Source: Saprolegnia diclina VS20 (Eukaryota). Taken from it: DNA of 50,057 nucleotides. Shown one piece after another: positions 32,981-45,540 of the stretch. The position numbers were made by a program, and so were the translations under genes. Numbering within the stretch: position 1 is the stretch's first letter; each line of letters opens with the position of its first letter. The DNA lies in the NCBI RefSeq assembly GCF_000281045.1, contig NW_008246100.1, positions 528,432 to 578,488 on the forward strand, given 5' to 3'. The notes beneath the pieces were generated by a model. The model ran no database searches and was not told the DNA's origin. It saw only the letters and a program-made list of their open reading frames with translations.

Positions 32981-34900
32981 ATGGCTCACTGGCCACACTG
33001 GCACTGGCAGCATGATACAACGGGTGAGGCACGGCTGACCCAGGCATTGGATGTGCCAATCGACGACGTCGTTCGCAGTATCGTTCCCGTGTACACGTTC
33101 GCGTCGAAAACTGCTGCCTCGCCCGAAATTGCACTTGCACTCGTCGAGTTGAAGCTGCAAGATCGCTCGCCATTTATCCGGCCGTCCGGTTGTGAGCATT
33201 ATCTGCCACCACGAGCAATAATGCTTGGCCGCGCGGCCCAACTCGCGGAGCTTGTCGCGCTCATGGGCGGCGAGCCGGACGTCGACACGACGAGCTCCGA
33301 GATGCACGAGCCGATGACGAGCGTTGGGTACCCCGTCATCGTGGTGCATGGCTACAACTCGACGGGCAAGAGCAGCTGTGTCCGCACCGCGCTGGAGGCC
33401 GTCAAGCAGGCCAACCACGCCATGTACACGGCTTTCGTCGACTGCACGACCATCTACACGCGGCGCCAAGTCTTCACCGACATCTTGCGTCAGGTGCTTT
33501 ACGAGGTCATTCGTAGCTCTCGCTGACCGTGACTTTCTAGATCGATCCGCTGGCGCGCTCGCAGCCGGACGAACTGCTGCCGATATTTCAGTCCAAGGCC
33601 ACGGGCGACGGGTACCACAACCTGAACCTCCTCGGGTTCGTCCAGTGCCTCTCCAAGATCATGACGGGCCTCCACTCGACGAACGTGCCCAACGTCCTCG
33701 TTGTCCTCGACAACATCGATCACTTTCTCACGCGCGGGTTCCGAGACCTCCTCCGCAGTCTTTGCCGCCTCAACAACGAGGTGGATCGCATTCTTTCGTG
33801 TATATCGAGCTGCATGGCTGTCTGTAGCTTGGTATGAAGATGCGCTTCTCGCTCGTCCTCGTCACGCGCGGGATCTCGCTCTCGCTGGAGCGTCTGCTCT
33901 TGCCATTCGTGCCCGTGCATGTCCATTTTCCTCTCTACACGCAAGGTTCCATGCCCGCTTGATCTTGCACAAAGGTGTTAGTCTGATTTGATAGAACAAA
34001 TCTGCGATATTCTGGTCGACCAGCTCAAGCTCTGGGAGCACGAGCGACTCTTCCGCGCATGGATCAAGTACCTTTACTCGCTCTTTGAGCACGATTGCCA
34101 CGACTGGATCGAGTTTCGCTACATGGTGATCCAGCTCCTCCCACTCTTTTACGAGCACGCGCCCGACGATGGCGGGCACGACCCGACCGCCGGTAAATTT
34201 CGATATATATATATGTACGAGTGGCATCATTGGCGTGACGCAGACTCGTACAAGACGGCCCACAAGCAGCTCGTGCACCAAACGCAGCTGCGGGCCAAGA
34301 GCCTCTTCCAGCATTTGTACCACCGCAACACCGCGATCGAGTCCCACACCGAGTCGACGACGACCGAGCGTGTGAACCTCCCGTTTGGGTGCCTCATGCT
34401 CGTGCTCGCGAGCTACCTCTCGTCCTTCAACCCCCAGGAGAGCGATGCCGTGTACTTTTCAACGGCGGCCTCGAGCAAGAAGCGGCGCAAAGGCGGCGGC
34501 AGTAGCGGCGCCCGGAAAATGACAAAAAAACAAGCTGAAGCGATCCCGCAGCAGCTCATCGGTCCCAAAGTGTTTCCGCTCCAGCGTCTCCTCGCGATTT
34601 ACTCGAGTATTCTCGAAGAGTACGACCCGCCCGCCACGCTCGGACTCGAGGCCGACGACCTCTCGACGACGCTCTCGCGCAGCGATGTCTTCAACCACGT
34701 ACTACACTCGGCCACGCGCGCATCTCTGACGTGTGGAGTAGGTGAACGTACTCGTCCGGATGCGGCTGTTGCAGCGCGTCTCGTCGCTCGACGACCTCGA
34801 CGACATCAAGCTGCGCTGTCTCGCCGACCACGAGTTTGTCGAACGCATTGCGCGGCAGATTGAGTTTCCGCTCGAGAATTTCCTCAACCAGCTCACGTAG
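32981..34900 (+). CDS. ORC5: Origin recognition complex subunit 5, multi-exon; 5' end close to the gap
   Basis: Walker A GYNSTGKS, AFVDC...IYTRRQVFTDILRQ, VLVVLDNID, VHFPLYTQ, LASYLSSFNPQESDAVYF and QLIGPKVFPLQRLLAIY (ORC5 C-terminal signature); ends EFPLENFLNQLT*. Confidence 0.88.
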
Positions 34901-34923
34901 CATTACGCGAATAGGAAGAGGTA

Positions 34924-35528
34924 TTAAGTCATAATGACCAAGTAGGTCAAGATAATCAGTACAAGACTGAGTGCGATGATGATGCAAAAGTTCTGCATCC
35001 CACCTACGTTGACGTCATGAGCCCACGACGATCGATGGGCAAAGGTACGACCTGCTTGCTTCACAAGCTCGCGCGTCTTCTGCGTAATGACGTCCAAGTT
35101 GTCCTGGGCGCGGTCCGTGTCCGCATTGACTTCGTCCAGCATGCTACATGGGGCCATGAACATGGGTGATGCCCACGTGGAGCCGTACTGGTTCTGGGTG
35201 TCGAGCTCGGCGCTGATGTTCTTGCTCATGTCGCCCAACCGCTTTACTGCGTCGTGCAGCTGGCCCAGCTCTTCGTCCTGCTTATGCATTTCCATCTACC
35301 ATCGTCGTCGTCAGCGATGCGATCCTGATGGTCGTGGTCGTACTTGTTGCGTTTGGCCTTCGTTGAGGAACGATGCTTCCTCATCGTCGGGCTACGAACA
35401 AGTGGCATGAGCATGGAGACCTTGCCTTAGGAAGAAGCATCTGCATGCAGCGCTACGCATCATCTCCTCCGCCACTAGCACATCCATACCTCCTCGCTCA
35501 CCTTAGTGTACTCGGACCGTCCTCGCAT
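34924..35528 (-). CDS. Short Qc-SNARE (syntaxin-6/8, Bet1-like) with C-terminal TM, multi-exon
   Basis: QDEELGQLHDAVKRLGDMSKNISAELDTQNQMLDEVNADTDRAQDNL SNARE heptads; TM FCIIIALSLVLIILTYLVIMT*. Upstream exons inferred (MRGRSEYTKVSEE / PDDEEASFLNEGQTQQ). Confidence 0.85.
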
Positions 35529-36133
35529 CGTCGCCGGCTTCCGTTTCTTGACGGCCTGCGGTGGGACCCACAATAATATAAAGGATGTTAATAATAATAT
35601 TCAAAGCGTCAATCACAATTACATATATCAGGTTTAGCCTTTCAAAATATAATATATTTCATTGGACTTGTTTTAAAATATTGGGATGGTGGTCATAAAA
35701 ATAGACGCCAACTGGTCGAATGACGTTGGCGTCATCGGATTGGCTAAAATCTCCTTTGAAAAATCCACCAATGGCAGCCGTCTATCACATACCATGAAGC
35801 CACAAACCAGCTGGGTTCGAAAACCCAACCGCAAAAGAAAACCCCAAGATGTAGTCGACCATTTCGACTAACTAACCTTGCCAGAGGCCGACTTACCTAC
35901 GGTACTTGAGGTCCCAGCGCACATCAATGGAGCCTATAGATTGCTCAAGCCGATGAATGCCATTGCTTGCTGGGCTATGGTGCCGTAGAATCGAGCTCCT
36001 TTTTGCTTCGAAGGGCTGGCACGCCGCATTGATGTATTGGGGCAAACCTATTAGTTAGTCAAACCAGCTGCTTTAGTCGGTTCATGACTGAGGGAGGGCA
36101 TTGCATTTTCGTGGGAAAGGAAGCGCAAGCAGT

Positions 36134-37836
36134 ATGCGATCCGGTATCTTCCTCGCGCTGGCTGTCTGCTTCGGGGCGATGGAGGCCTCGATCCATGTGG
36201 TCGATGGCCCTGCCGTCGGATGGAAGGCCTCGGAGCGCATGTTCCACAGCGAAGCCGCCGCCGACTCGTGGGTCCATGTCGACTTCTTGGCACTGCCCAT
36301 CGAGGACGAGCTCGACCCGACGTCCGAGTACGCCGTCGCCGTCGTCATCTACACGGACGACGACACGGTCCAGACGCCCGACGATTACTGCAGCCAAGAC
36401 TACAACCAGATGAACACGTCCAATCTCACGGGCAAACTCTTCTTGCCATCCGACAACTCGACGGTCATGGAAGGGAAGGACGCGTTCGTGGTATCGACGA
36501 CCGGCGTTCAGACCGTCGTGATTGTCACGTGCGCTCGGCCCAAGTGCAATGAGTCGGAACCGGCCGCCTACCTGCCCTATGAAGAGAATCCCAACAGCGC
36601 TGCGTTCGATCTGCGCGCCGCCATTGCGTTCAAGAACCCGTACGGATACTTGCCGGGGCTCATGTGGGGCCTTCTTCCATTCAGGTAAGCTGTGACGACA
36701 CTACCTGTATTGACGCCCTTCGTGTAGCGGAAGCCTCTGCCTGGCGTACCTTGTCGCGGACGGCGTCTTCCTCGTCCTGCTCTTCCGGAATCGCCATACG
36801 CTCATTCGCTTGCACTACTTTATCCTCCTTGTGCTGCTGCTCACGACTCGTATGCACCTCTCTCTTGTCGAGACAGTCGTCTGAAACGGGGTCGTTGTGT
36901 AGTGGAGACGCTGCTCTGGTATGTGACCTACGCGTCGCTCAACGAGTCGGGCGAAGCGCTCTGCTGCCCGTACCCCAAGATGATTGTCGCCTCGACGCTT
37001 CTCAAGGTACGTCCTTGTCTGGCTCTTCAAGGAGGTTTGCTACAAACGACATAGGTGTTTTCGAAGCTCATTGCACGCGTGCTCACGATGATCATTTGCT
37101 TGGGCTACGGGATCGCGCGGCCGTCCCTCACGTGCGCCGAGATTGCGCTTGTCACTGGTCTCGGCCTCTGCTATATCGTCTCTACCGGCGCGTTGGAGAT
37201 CACACACCTCTCCAACCAGTCGGCGGGCGATGTCTCGCCGCCGCTCGTATGGGAACTCCTCGCGACCGCGACGGACGGGTGCTTTGCCGGCTGGATCTTT
37301 ACCTCGCTCATGCTCACGCGCAAGACACTCCGCGCGACAGGCCAGGTATGCCATTGCCACTACCTCGTCGTCGACTGAGTATTTGTTCTAGTCGGCCAAG
37401 TACAAGATGTACGACACGCTCTTCACGGTCCTCGTGACCTTTATGGCCATTACGTTTCTCTTTACGGTGTTTGAGAACGCCGTGTACGTCTGTCGTCGCT
37501 CATGCCCCTTCGGATTTATTTACACCAATTTGTAGCTACTCGAAGCGCATTGAGCTCTCGTGGGACTGGATGTGGGTGCTCTGGGCCTCGAGCCGCGCAC
37601 TCAATTTTTGTGTTGTCTTTGTTGTCTCGATCATTTGGCGGCCGACGCGCACGAGCTTGCTCTACGCGCACTCGGTGCAAGTCCCGTCGTCCGAGGCCGA
37701 CTGCCCGAGCACCAAGGCCGGCGACGTCGAGCTCGTCGTTGTCGAGGAGACGTCCGACACGGAGACCGAAGTGAGTCTCCATCCCGACGATGGCGACGAG
37801 GCGGCAACGACGACGCCGGCGCGTGACGCGATTTAA
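36134..37836 (+). CDS. GOST / lung-7TM family protein (TMEM87/GPR107-like), multi-exon
   Basis: Signal peptide MRSGIFLALAVCFGAMEASIH; luminal domain ending FKNPYGYLPG; TM motifs ARVLTMIICLGYGIARPSL, WIFTSL..T..TL and IIWRPT...Y. Confidence 0.85.
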
Positions 37837-38838
37837 TTTTCGTTTCTGCGTGCGGCTGGTGCTTTGCATTAGGACGATGATAAGCGTAATCGACCTCTGC
37901 CTTTGTAGGATGACAGTATTCTGTGGACCGGCAGGTCAGGGAAGTAGGGTTGCTACTCTGGGACCTGAGGCCTAGCAGCAGTGAAGACCGGGTTCGTGCA
38001 GGCCAGAATCCGGTCGTCTCAACCGTCGTGATGGAGTGCGTCCTTCATGTGAAAGAGACCGGCGCTTGCGTGTAGTATGCACATAGTGTGCGGCGCAATG
38101 GGCAGCTGTCTCGGGTGGTACTAGTGGTGTAGTTTTTGCTTCAGTCGATCGTTTTTGCAGTCGAGCCAGACGAATTGAATGTAGTGATTGACCCCGAGTA
38201 CTAGACCCCTACCCGCAAGCTCTCAGTGCTGCGACTCATGGAGACAGCTGTGCTCTCGCGTCGAAAATGGTGACGCTTGCGACTCAGGCTGGAGAAAGCA
38301 CTAACGACTGCTCGATGTCAATGCGTCAGACTGAAGTCTCTATCCCCGTCTTTGCCTAAGCGCAGTCACTTCTGAGGTCTCAAAACGCAATAGATGGCGC
38401 TGCTTGAACGGCGCGAATCTGCTGCTTGGTGTCACCGAGCTTGAGCGAGCTGGAAGAGAAGCGGCTTGGTCTGACAGCGCTAATACAAATCTCTGCGTCG
38501 TCTACTCGTACAAGACAGTCTCTCAACGCGCCGCCCGGACCCACCAACGCCAAGCGACGAATGAAGACGATCGCGGGCGCCAAGCCGTTATCCCCATGAA
38601 TTTTGTCCTTGGCCAACGCCCAGAACGATCATTCGATTGCAGATACCTGCGAGCGACCAGCTCGCCAACGTAGAAGAGAAACCCGAAGGTATGTGCACCG
38701 AGCTCATCTCTAACCCTGTCGCTTCGTCATGCTGCCAGACAGACCTTGGAGCGCGCTGATTTAGATCGGAGCCGGATGTTTCGCGCCATTGTTATCCGGA
38801 ACTCCGGATACCACACTACATTTGGCCTTTCACAAACC

Positions 38839-41273
38839 ATGGGGATTGCGGGGCTCCTCGGCGCGCTCAAGGAGGTCATGGCGCCATCCCACGCCCGCGA
38901 CTTCCGAGGGCAGACCGTCGCCGTCGACGCTCTCTCATGGCTCCATAAGGCGTACGCTCCTGTCCTCGTCATGGAGGTCCCAAAGCATGCCTGCATGTAG
39001 GTGCTATGGCTGTGCATGGGATCTCGCGGTCGGCAACGAGACCGAAACGTACGTCAAGTACATCCTCCGACGCACCGACATGCTCAAGGCCGTCGGCGTC
39101 AAGCCGCTTCTCGTCTTTGACGGCAACAAGATCCCGCTGAAGGTTGACCTGATCCATGGAAGGGCTAAGGTCTTACATGGTTGCAGTCGTCGACGCACGA
39201 CAAGCGCCGCAGCGCCAAGCAAGAGAACCACGACATGGCCATGCAGCATCTGCGAGAAGCCCGCAGCCTCGTGGGCGACGAGCGCAAGGAGAAAATGGCC
39301 AAGACGTCCCAGTACTTTCAGCGGGTACCATTACATCCTACCTCTACGCCGCCTTTGCCTCACGCAGCCTAGTCGATCAACATAACGTCTGCGATCATCG
39401 CATCAGTGCATGACGCCTTGCGCAAGGCCAACGTCGAGTTTGTGACAGCGTACGTCCCTGTCTTTACGCTGTATGGACTCATCTGCAGCGTATCTGCAGG
39501 CCATTTGAGGCCGACGCGCAGATGGTGTTTCTCTGCAAGCACCAAGTGACGACGGCCATCATCACGGAGGACTCAGACATCCTCGTCTACTGCGCGGCCG
39601 CCAACATTAGCGTCCCGGTCCTCTTCAAGCTCGAGGAAACCGGTGACTGCAAGGTCCTCCATAGCACCACAAGAGAACCGGTCTTACGCTGCAATAGATG
39701 CTTAGCAAGGACGCGATTCATACCCACGGCAAGACGAGTGGTACAGCTACATGGCGCTTTGAGCTCGTTGATCAAGGGTGTATGTAGCCAACGGCGTCCT
39801 ACGCAAGCTTTCGTACTTTCTGTCTGGCGGCCACGAGCCGACGCGGATGTTTGTGCACGCGTGCATCCTCGCGGGCTGCGACTTTCTCGACTCCCTGCAC
39901 CACATTGGCATCGTCGTACGCTAATTTCTGATGTCATTTGATTTGAATTCGCTTTGTAGCGAGCCATTCAACATGTATTCGACTACCGCGGTGTCAAGGG
40001 CACGCTGCGCATTCCCCGGCTTTTGAGCAAACTCAAGTTTGACGGCGCAACCGTGCCCGACGACTACCTCGAGCGCTTTTACAAGGCCGAAGCGCTCTTC
40101 TACCACCACTACGTCTACGACCCGTCGACGCAGTGCTGCGTCCACCTTGTCACCGCGTCCGACTATGAAGTGGTCGAAGATATCTTCGAACGTGTGACTG
40201 CGTCGTTGACGGAGACGCCTTTTCTGGGCATTCTGTCGCCGCAGGAGGTCATTCGCGACATTTACAACAACAAGCGCCTCGCACGAAGTGACGCGTCGGA
40301 GTCGAGTTCGCAAAGCAGTTCGCAGCCGAGCCAGAGTGCCCTCTCGACGCAGAGCTCCCAGCCAAGTCAGAGCACAGGGGCAACACAAAATTCAGAGCCG
40401 AGTCAGTCGTCGCTCTCGCAACGAGCCCCGTCGTCGCCAAAGCAGCAGAACTCACCGGCGTCCCAGTTCTCAACGTCGCAGCGAGCGCCGCCATCGCAGT
40501 CGTTCCAGTCGCCACCACCCCGCGCGACAGGTCGGCGCTGGTTTGGGGCTCATGCCGGAAGCTCGCCCGAAGCAACTCCGTCGCCCGCTGTCGCCAAGCG
40601 TCCAGTGTTCAAGCGTCAGCCCATCGACTGCGACGAGGTTCGCGCCAAAACCATGGAGAGTATCTTTAGCGTTTACGCGGCGCCAAGCCAACGCTCGTTC
40701 GCTCCGTCCTTTGGCGGCATCGCATCGCCCGTCGCAAGCCCACGCAAGTTTCCTCCGTCGTTTGGCTTGCCCGCGGCAACCAAACGTTCGTACTCGCCAT
40801 CGACTCGTGACGCGCTGCCGTCACCGCCTGCCAAGAAGCCAAATCTCTTTGCAAACGTTAGCGACGATGAGGATGACGACGAGGAAGATGCAACGCTGTC
40901 GGGGGCCGCCTTGCACGCCGCTATGGCCGTCGAGCCCACGACGATTCGGACCGTCAATTCAGGCATGTCGATCTTCTCGGCGCCAAAGAAGGCTGTGCCC
41001 GTGCCCCGCTTGCAGTTTAAGAGCCCCACAAAAGGAGCTGCAGTCCAGCGCGCCTCGAATGCGCTGCCCCCAACGACCAAGAAGGCCGTCAAGACGCCAG
41101 CGCCTATTGCCCTACCCAAGAACCGGGCCTCATCCAAGAGCCCTACAACATCGCAGGCGAACGGAGCTACCCGCGCCTCGTCCAGAGCCTCGTCCAAGAA
41201 GACACCACCGATCAAGACGCAAGCTGGCACGCTGCTCGGGTACTTTACGAAAACAACGCCGACGACCGAGTAA
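38839..41273 (+). CDS. EXO1: Exonuclease 1 (XPG/FEN1 family), multi-exon, long disordered C-terminal tail
   Basis: MGIAGLL...VAVDALSWLHKACYGCA, PLLVFDG, APFEADAQM, IITEDSD, CILAGCDFLDSL.IGI; tail ends QAGTLLGYFTK. Confidence 0.93.
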
Positions 41274-44261
41274 CATCTCCTTGTATGGCACTCTTCTGAC
41301 GACTGCTACTACTGCGTTTCGAGAGTTTGATGGGGTGGGCGAGCATGTACTTGAGCATTCCAGGGTACGCTGGCGCCGACCCACAGCGCTTGCTCTTTTG
41401 TTTGGCAGGCGGCGGGTTGCCGCGATTGGCGACCGTGATGCGCACGCCACACGCTGCGAGCTTTTGCATGTGCAGTTTGGCCACGTCCAGGGCCACGAGC
41501 GACTCATGGCGCGACGCTTGGCGCAAGGCCTGTGCTCGGTCGTGCTGCTCCCGCGCAATCCGCTGGGGGCTGCCAAGGGGGGCGGGAAGGCGACCTCGCT
41601 TGGCTCGCCGACATCGCCACGCCGACTGGATCGAGATGGCGGCGGCCTCGCGCTTTGCGTCATCCCAGCGCGGCGCGTCGGCAAGAAAGCTCGCGTCGAC
41701 CCCGAGGGTTTGCAACGTGCTCGCATTCGCCTCGGCCGCTGCCAGCCAGTGCAGCCCTTGCACCGCAGCGTCTTGGCTGGCCTGGAGCGACGCCAGTTGC
41801 AGTGTGAGCTTTTGTCGCTGGATACCGATCGTGAGCGCGTGCTTGGCGCGGACTCGTTTGGCGCGCCACGCACACTGAACCACCTTGGCGGCTGTCACGC
41901 GCCGCGCCGCCTCAAAGTCAAGCGCGTCGGTGCTGGAGGCGCGCTCGAGACGGTGCAGCCGCTGGTGCAGCACGACCTCCTCCTGCGTTTGCTCGTGGAG
42001 CACCTTGGTCAAGTTGTCGACCATCTCGACGTACATAGTGCCTACGTCCATAGCTACTTGTGTTGTATCTTGCTCGAGCGTACCGCGGCGGGTCTCGGCG
42101 GCGAGCTTGGCCTCGAGTGCACACATCTAGTGGGGTAGGAAACGCCTCTCGTGATGCCACGTCATGATTACGTGATTGCCGTAGAGCGCCAAGTCGTCGG
42201 CAAGCTCGCCGACCGCATTGGTTTTAGCCTTGGCCGTCTCCGTTGCCATCTTGAGTCTACAAGCCATCCATGCAACTTCTAATTCAGTCAAGGCATGGGG
42301 ACCGCTTGTAGCACTTGGCGTAGCGATGTCGCAGGGCGCCGTGCTCGGTCTGCACTTGCTGGAGCGCCCGTGACGCGTCGTCCAGACGGCTCTCAAGCGC
42401 GTGCCGTGCGATTGATGCGTGCTGGCGCTCGAGCACAAAAGCCTGCAGCTGGGATTCTCTGCGGCGCAAAAGCGACGCGACGCAGTCTTCGTAGGTCATG
42501 GCAGCGACGTCAGCGTCGTTTTGAGCTTGGACGAGCGCCAGTGCGCGCACCTCGAGCTCGGCTGCCTGCTGCGCCGTCTGCACTTGAAGCTCGACCGTTC
42601 GTCGCTGGGCCGTGTATGTCTCTGTGCGTTGGGCTTTCCCTTGAGTACTGAGTTCCTCTACACGGCGCGCAAGGGACCGGTTCGTCTCGGTCACGTCTCG
42701 CAGATGCTCCTGGAGGCTGGCTCGAGTCTGTTCTAGCTCCTTCGTGGTATGGGCCATCGCGATATCTTTGGTCGCTTGGGCCTGCAAGAGAAACGCGAGC
42801 CTCTCTCGCAGTGCGGTGACGGTGTGTCGCAGAAGCTGTACGAAGGGAAAGGAGATGAGCTGCTGACAAGTGCGGCTGAAGTAGTATCGGAGACGCTGCA
42901 AGCACAGCGCACGCTACAAGCACGCTGTTGTGGACGAGGACCTTGTTACGTAAATGGTAGGTACCTTGGTAATTGCAAGCTCAACACGCAGATGCTCTAG
43001 CTTGTCTTGGCACTCGGCCCGTATTAAGGCCAGTGCAGAAGCTGAGGTTGCCGCCACGCGCTCGTGCTCACTCTGTTCGTCAATAGACGCGCGCGATGCG
43101 ACCTCGGTCTGGGCAAGTAGCGCTGTGTTCAGTTGGGTGATCGTCTCGTGGGCGATTGCTAGGGCTGCTGCGAGCGGCGAGAGACGCATGGCATAATCTT
43201 CCAGTTGCATGCTCGTTGTATCTTGAAGACGGCGCAAGGACTCTCTGGCTTCGCCAAGCTTCCGTGTGAGTACGTTCAACTCGACGAGGTACGTAAGCTT
43301 TGTCTGCTCTTCGATGAGTCGCACGCGCTGTGTCATCTGGTGCAGCTCGAGTCGAACTTGGTCGTGGCGCTGCTTCGCAACCTCGTGCGTTGCTTCTAGC
43401 TGATGCAGTCGGCCTTGGAGGTCGGCTTCTCGTTCTTGCGCAGCACTGAGCTCAATTTTGGCTGTCGCGAGCGTCTCGCGGGTTGCTGCGCACTGGAGCA
43501 GCGCAGCGTCTCTGGCGCGCTCCGTGGTGCCGAGAGCCTTTGCCAGCACGTCGTGGGCTGCTCGTATGGCTTCCGTCTACGCACTCGCGTCATCGTTCAC
43601 GCCTCGCGGCTCGACGTACCTTGGTCGTTTGCTGTTTGAGGTCGAACGCGACCTGCGTCGCCTCTGCGACGCGCGTGCCCATGGCCACGAGCTTGGCTTC
43701 CAGCCGCTTTTTGGCGTCACCCACCGAGCGGTGGGCGGCTTGCTCCTTGAGGAACATGCGTTGCATCTGCGCGAGCTCGGTGGTTGCGGCCGCCGCGGCT
43801 GCATCCGCTTCTATTCGCGCATGACGCAGCGACCCCACTTGCGCTTCGAGTGCTGCGACTTTGTCAGCTGCGATCTTCAGCGCTTCGTCCTACGCAGGAT
43901 TTGCACGATGGCGCGACGAGCACGAATCGTACGTCGGTGCGAAGCATGACGACGCTGCCGCCGCACGCCTACAGCTCTAGTCGCACTACCTCAGTTGAAC
44001 GCAAGGTACCTTGCACGGCGAGATGCGAAGGGCTGCATTTGTCGGGCTAAACAGCGGCAAGTGTGGCGTGAGGTCGATGCTGGGCAACGCGCGGAGGGCT
44101 TCGTCGGGGTCTAGCCCATGGGCAAAGAGCCGATCGCGCACGACAATGACGTCGTGCATGTACGCAGTCCGCAGGTCGTCCAGGAGCTGGGTGCGCCGGT
44201 GCAGCTGGTCCCGAAGCACGTCTACGACGTCGTTGCTGCGACTGCATGCGTCCTCTTGCAT
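41245..44261 (-). CDS. Long coiled-coil protein with two IQ-like motifs, multi-exon
   Basis: Successive minus-strand coiled-coil ORFs (43986-44261, 43590-43838, 42914-43549, 42284-42901, 41245-42126); IQ motifs AKVVQCAWRAKRVR and AISIQSAWRCRRAK. Joining them into one gene is inferred. Confidence 0.62.
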
Positions 44262-44459
44262 AAATGGCGTCGTTGGCCAGCGGTTACAGCGCCTTTCCAA
44301 GTACCGACAGCGCGTCCTATCGTCAGCCTTGCGCGTGGACGGCGCTGCATGTGTGCTACGGCAAGCTGCGTGGGTGCGAAATGCAGTCGATGAACGACGT
44401 CACAAGTCACACGTCAATTCGTAGATGCTTAGCCAAAACGGTTGCTTCTCGTGCAGGGT

Positions 44460-44735
44460 CTACTTGGTCTGCTTCACAGCGTCCAGGACGAGGCCGCGGA
44501 AGGCGAGGACGCGCGAGTTCCAGCTCTCGCGCACATTCGTGTAGTACTCGTGTTCGACGGCGTGGCGCGGCAGCGGCTTCTTGGTCGTGGCCCTTCGGAC
44601 AGGCGGGTTGACGCGCGTGCGCATGGCGTCGATGCGCAGGAGCGCGTCGGCCGTGCGCTCCTCGATGAGCGCCCGCGTCGAGAGGTACCCCGCGGCCGCC
44701 ACGAGGACGCCAGCGCTAAAAGCTCGGGCCACCAT
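44460..44735 (-). CDS. Small single-TM protein, MICOS MIC13/QIL1 / Mic12-like
   Basis: 91 aa; N-terminal TM FSAGVLVAAAGYLST and C-terminal RESWNSRV, matching the RDSWN / K..WN..I motif of MIC13/Mic12. Confidence 0.6.
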   Translation of the reverse strand: MVARAFSAGVLVAAAGYLSTRALIEERTADALLRIDAMRTRVNPPVRRATTKKPLPRHAVEHEYYTNVRESWNSRVLAFRGLVLDAVKQTK

Positions 44736-45540
44736 TCTTCCTCTCTTGCTTGTTGACAGAACACAAAAAGGCAACGTCCGGATACACGCCAGCCACATCC
44801 GGATAAACAACCGAAGATCGCGATGGGGGCCTTCCAGTGGGGCCTTCTACGATCTTCGACCGAGTCCACACTGGAGCCCACACCAAGAGTCTTATCACTC
44901 ACTCGTACATTGCCCTCTGATACAAGGACCACTTCGGCAAAGGTCGGTCGTCGGTGCCATGTACCATCATAGGTATGGCCCAGCGTGGACTGGCCGACTT
45001 GCTTGTCGAGTTGATGCCATTTCGGAATGTCCGACGTCAATACGCTGCACCAAACTGCACCAAATGGAGCCTTCTGGAAAGGTCTCTTTCCAGGTTCAAA
45101 GCTCCGTTGGGCTCAAAATGTTCGACTTGAATTTCCGCCCGATCGGGCTATGCGTGCAAACGGTGGCCGCGTCGCTTCTGTGTCTTGGGTCGCTTACAGG
45201 TCTTGGCTGTGACGTGACTACCGCACCAACAGCAGCAGCAACACACGCGGGCAACGATGGTGGTATCGTTTCGTCCGCCGACGCGGGAGTTTCAAGCGCA
45301 AGCTACTTTGGGAACCGGCGCGCCGCAACACTGTGCGTAGTCGCCACCACCACGCTGCTAGGACGAGCATGCTCGTAAGCTACAGTAGTGACACTGCGAT
45401 AGGCGAGGTGTCATCGGAGCCAGCGCGGCGAGGGTGTTGCTCACGTCGAAGACACGGGGCGAAGTCGGCGGTTTTCTTCGAATTTCGAATGCAACGAGCG
45501 TGGCGGCGGTTCACATGGCCATTTGCGATCCGGCCTCGTC

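Noticed and set aside
35570..35705. AT-rich island
   Set aside because: Lies in the divergent promoter between the SNARE and 7TM genes; no terminal repeats or other structure seen.
357..41273. Apparent DNA replication/repair cluster (REV7, macro domain, ORC5, EXO1)
   Set aside because: Interspersed with unrelated genes over 40 kb; consistent with chance in a gene-dense genome.
40288..42138. 616-aa plus-strand ORF and many other long alternative-frame or antisense ORFs (e.g. 17549..19021, 24341..25450, 27690..28892)
   Set aside because: Arg/Ala-rich shadow frames caused by high-GC codon bias over real genes.
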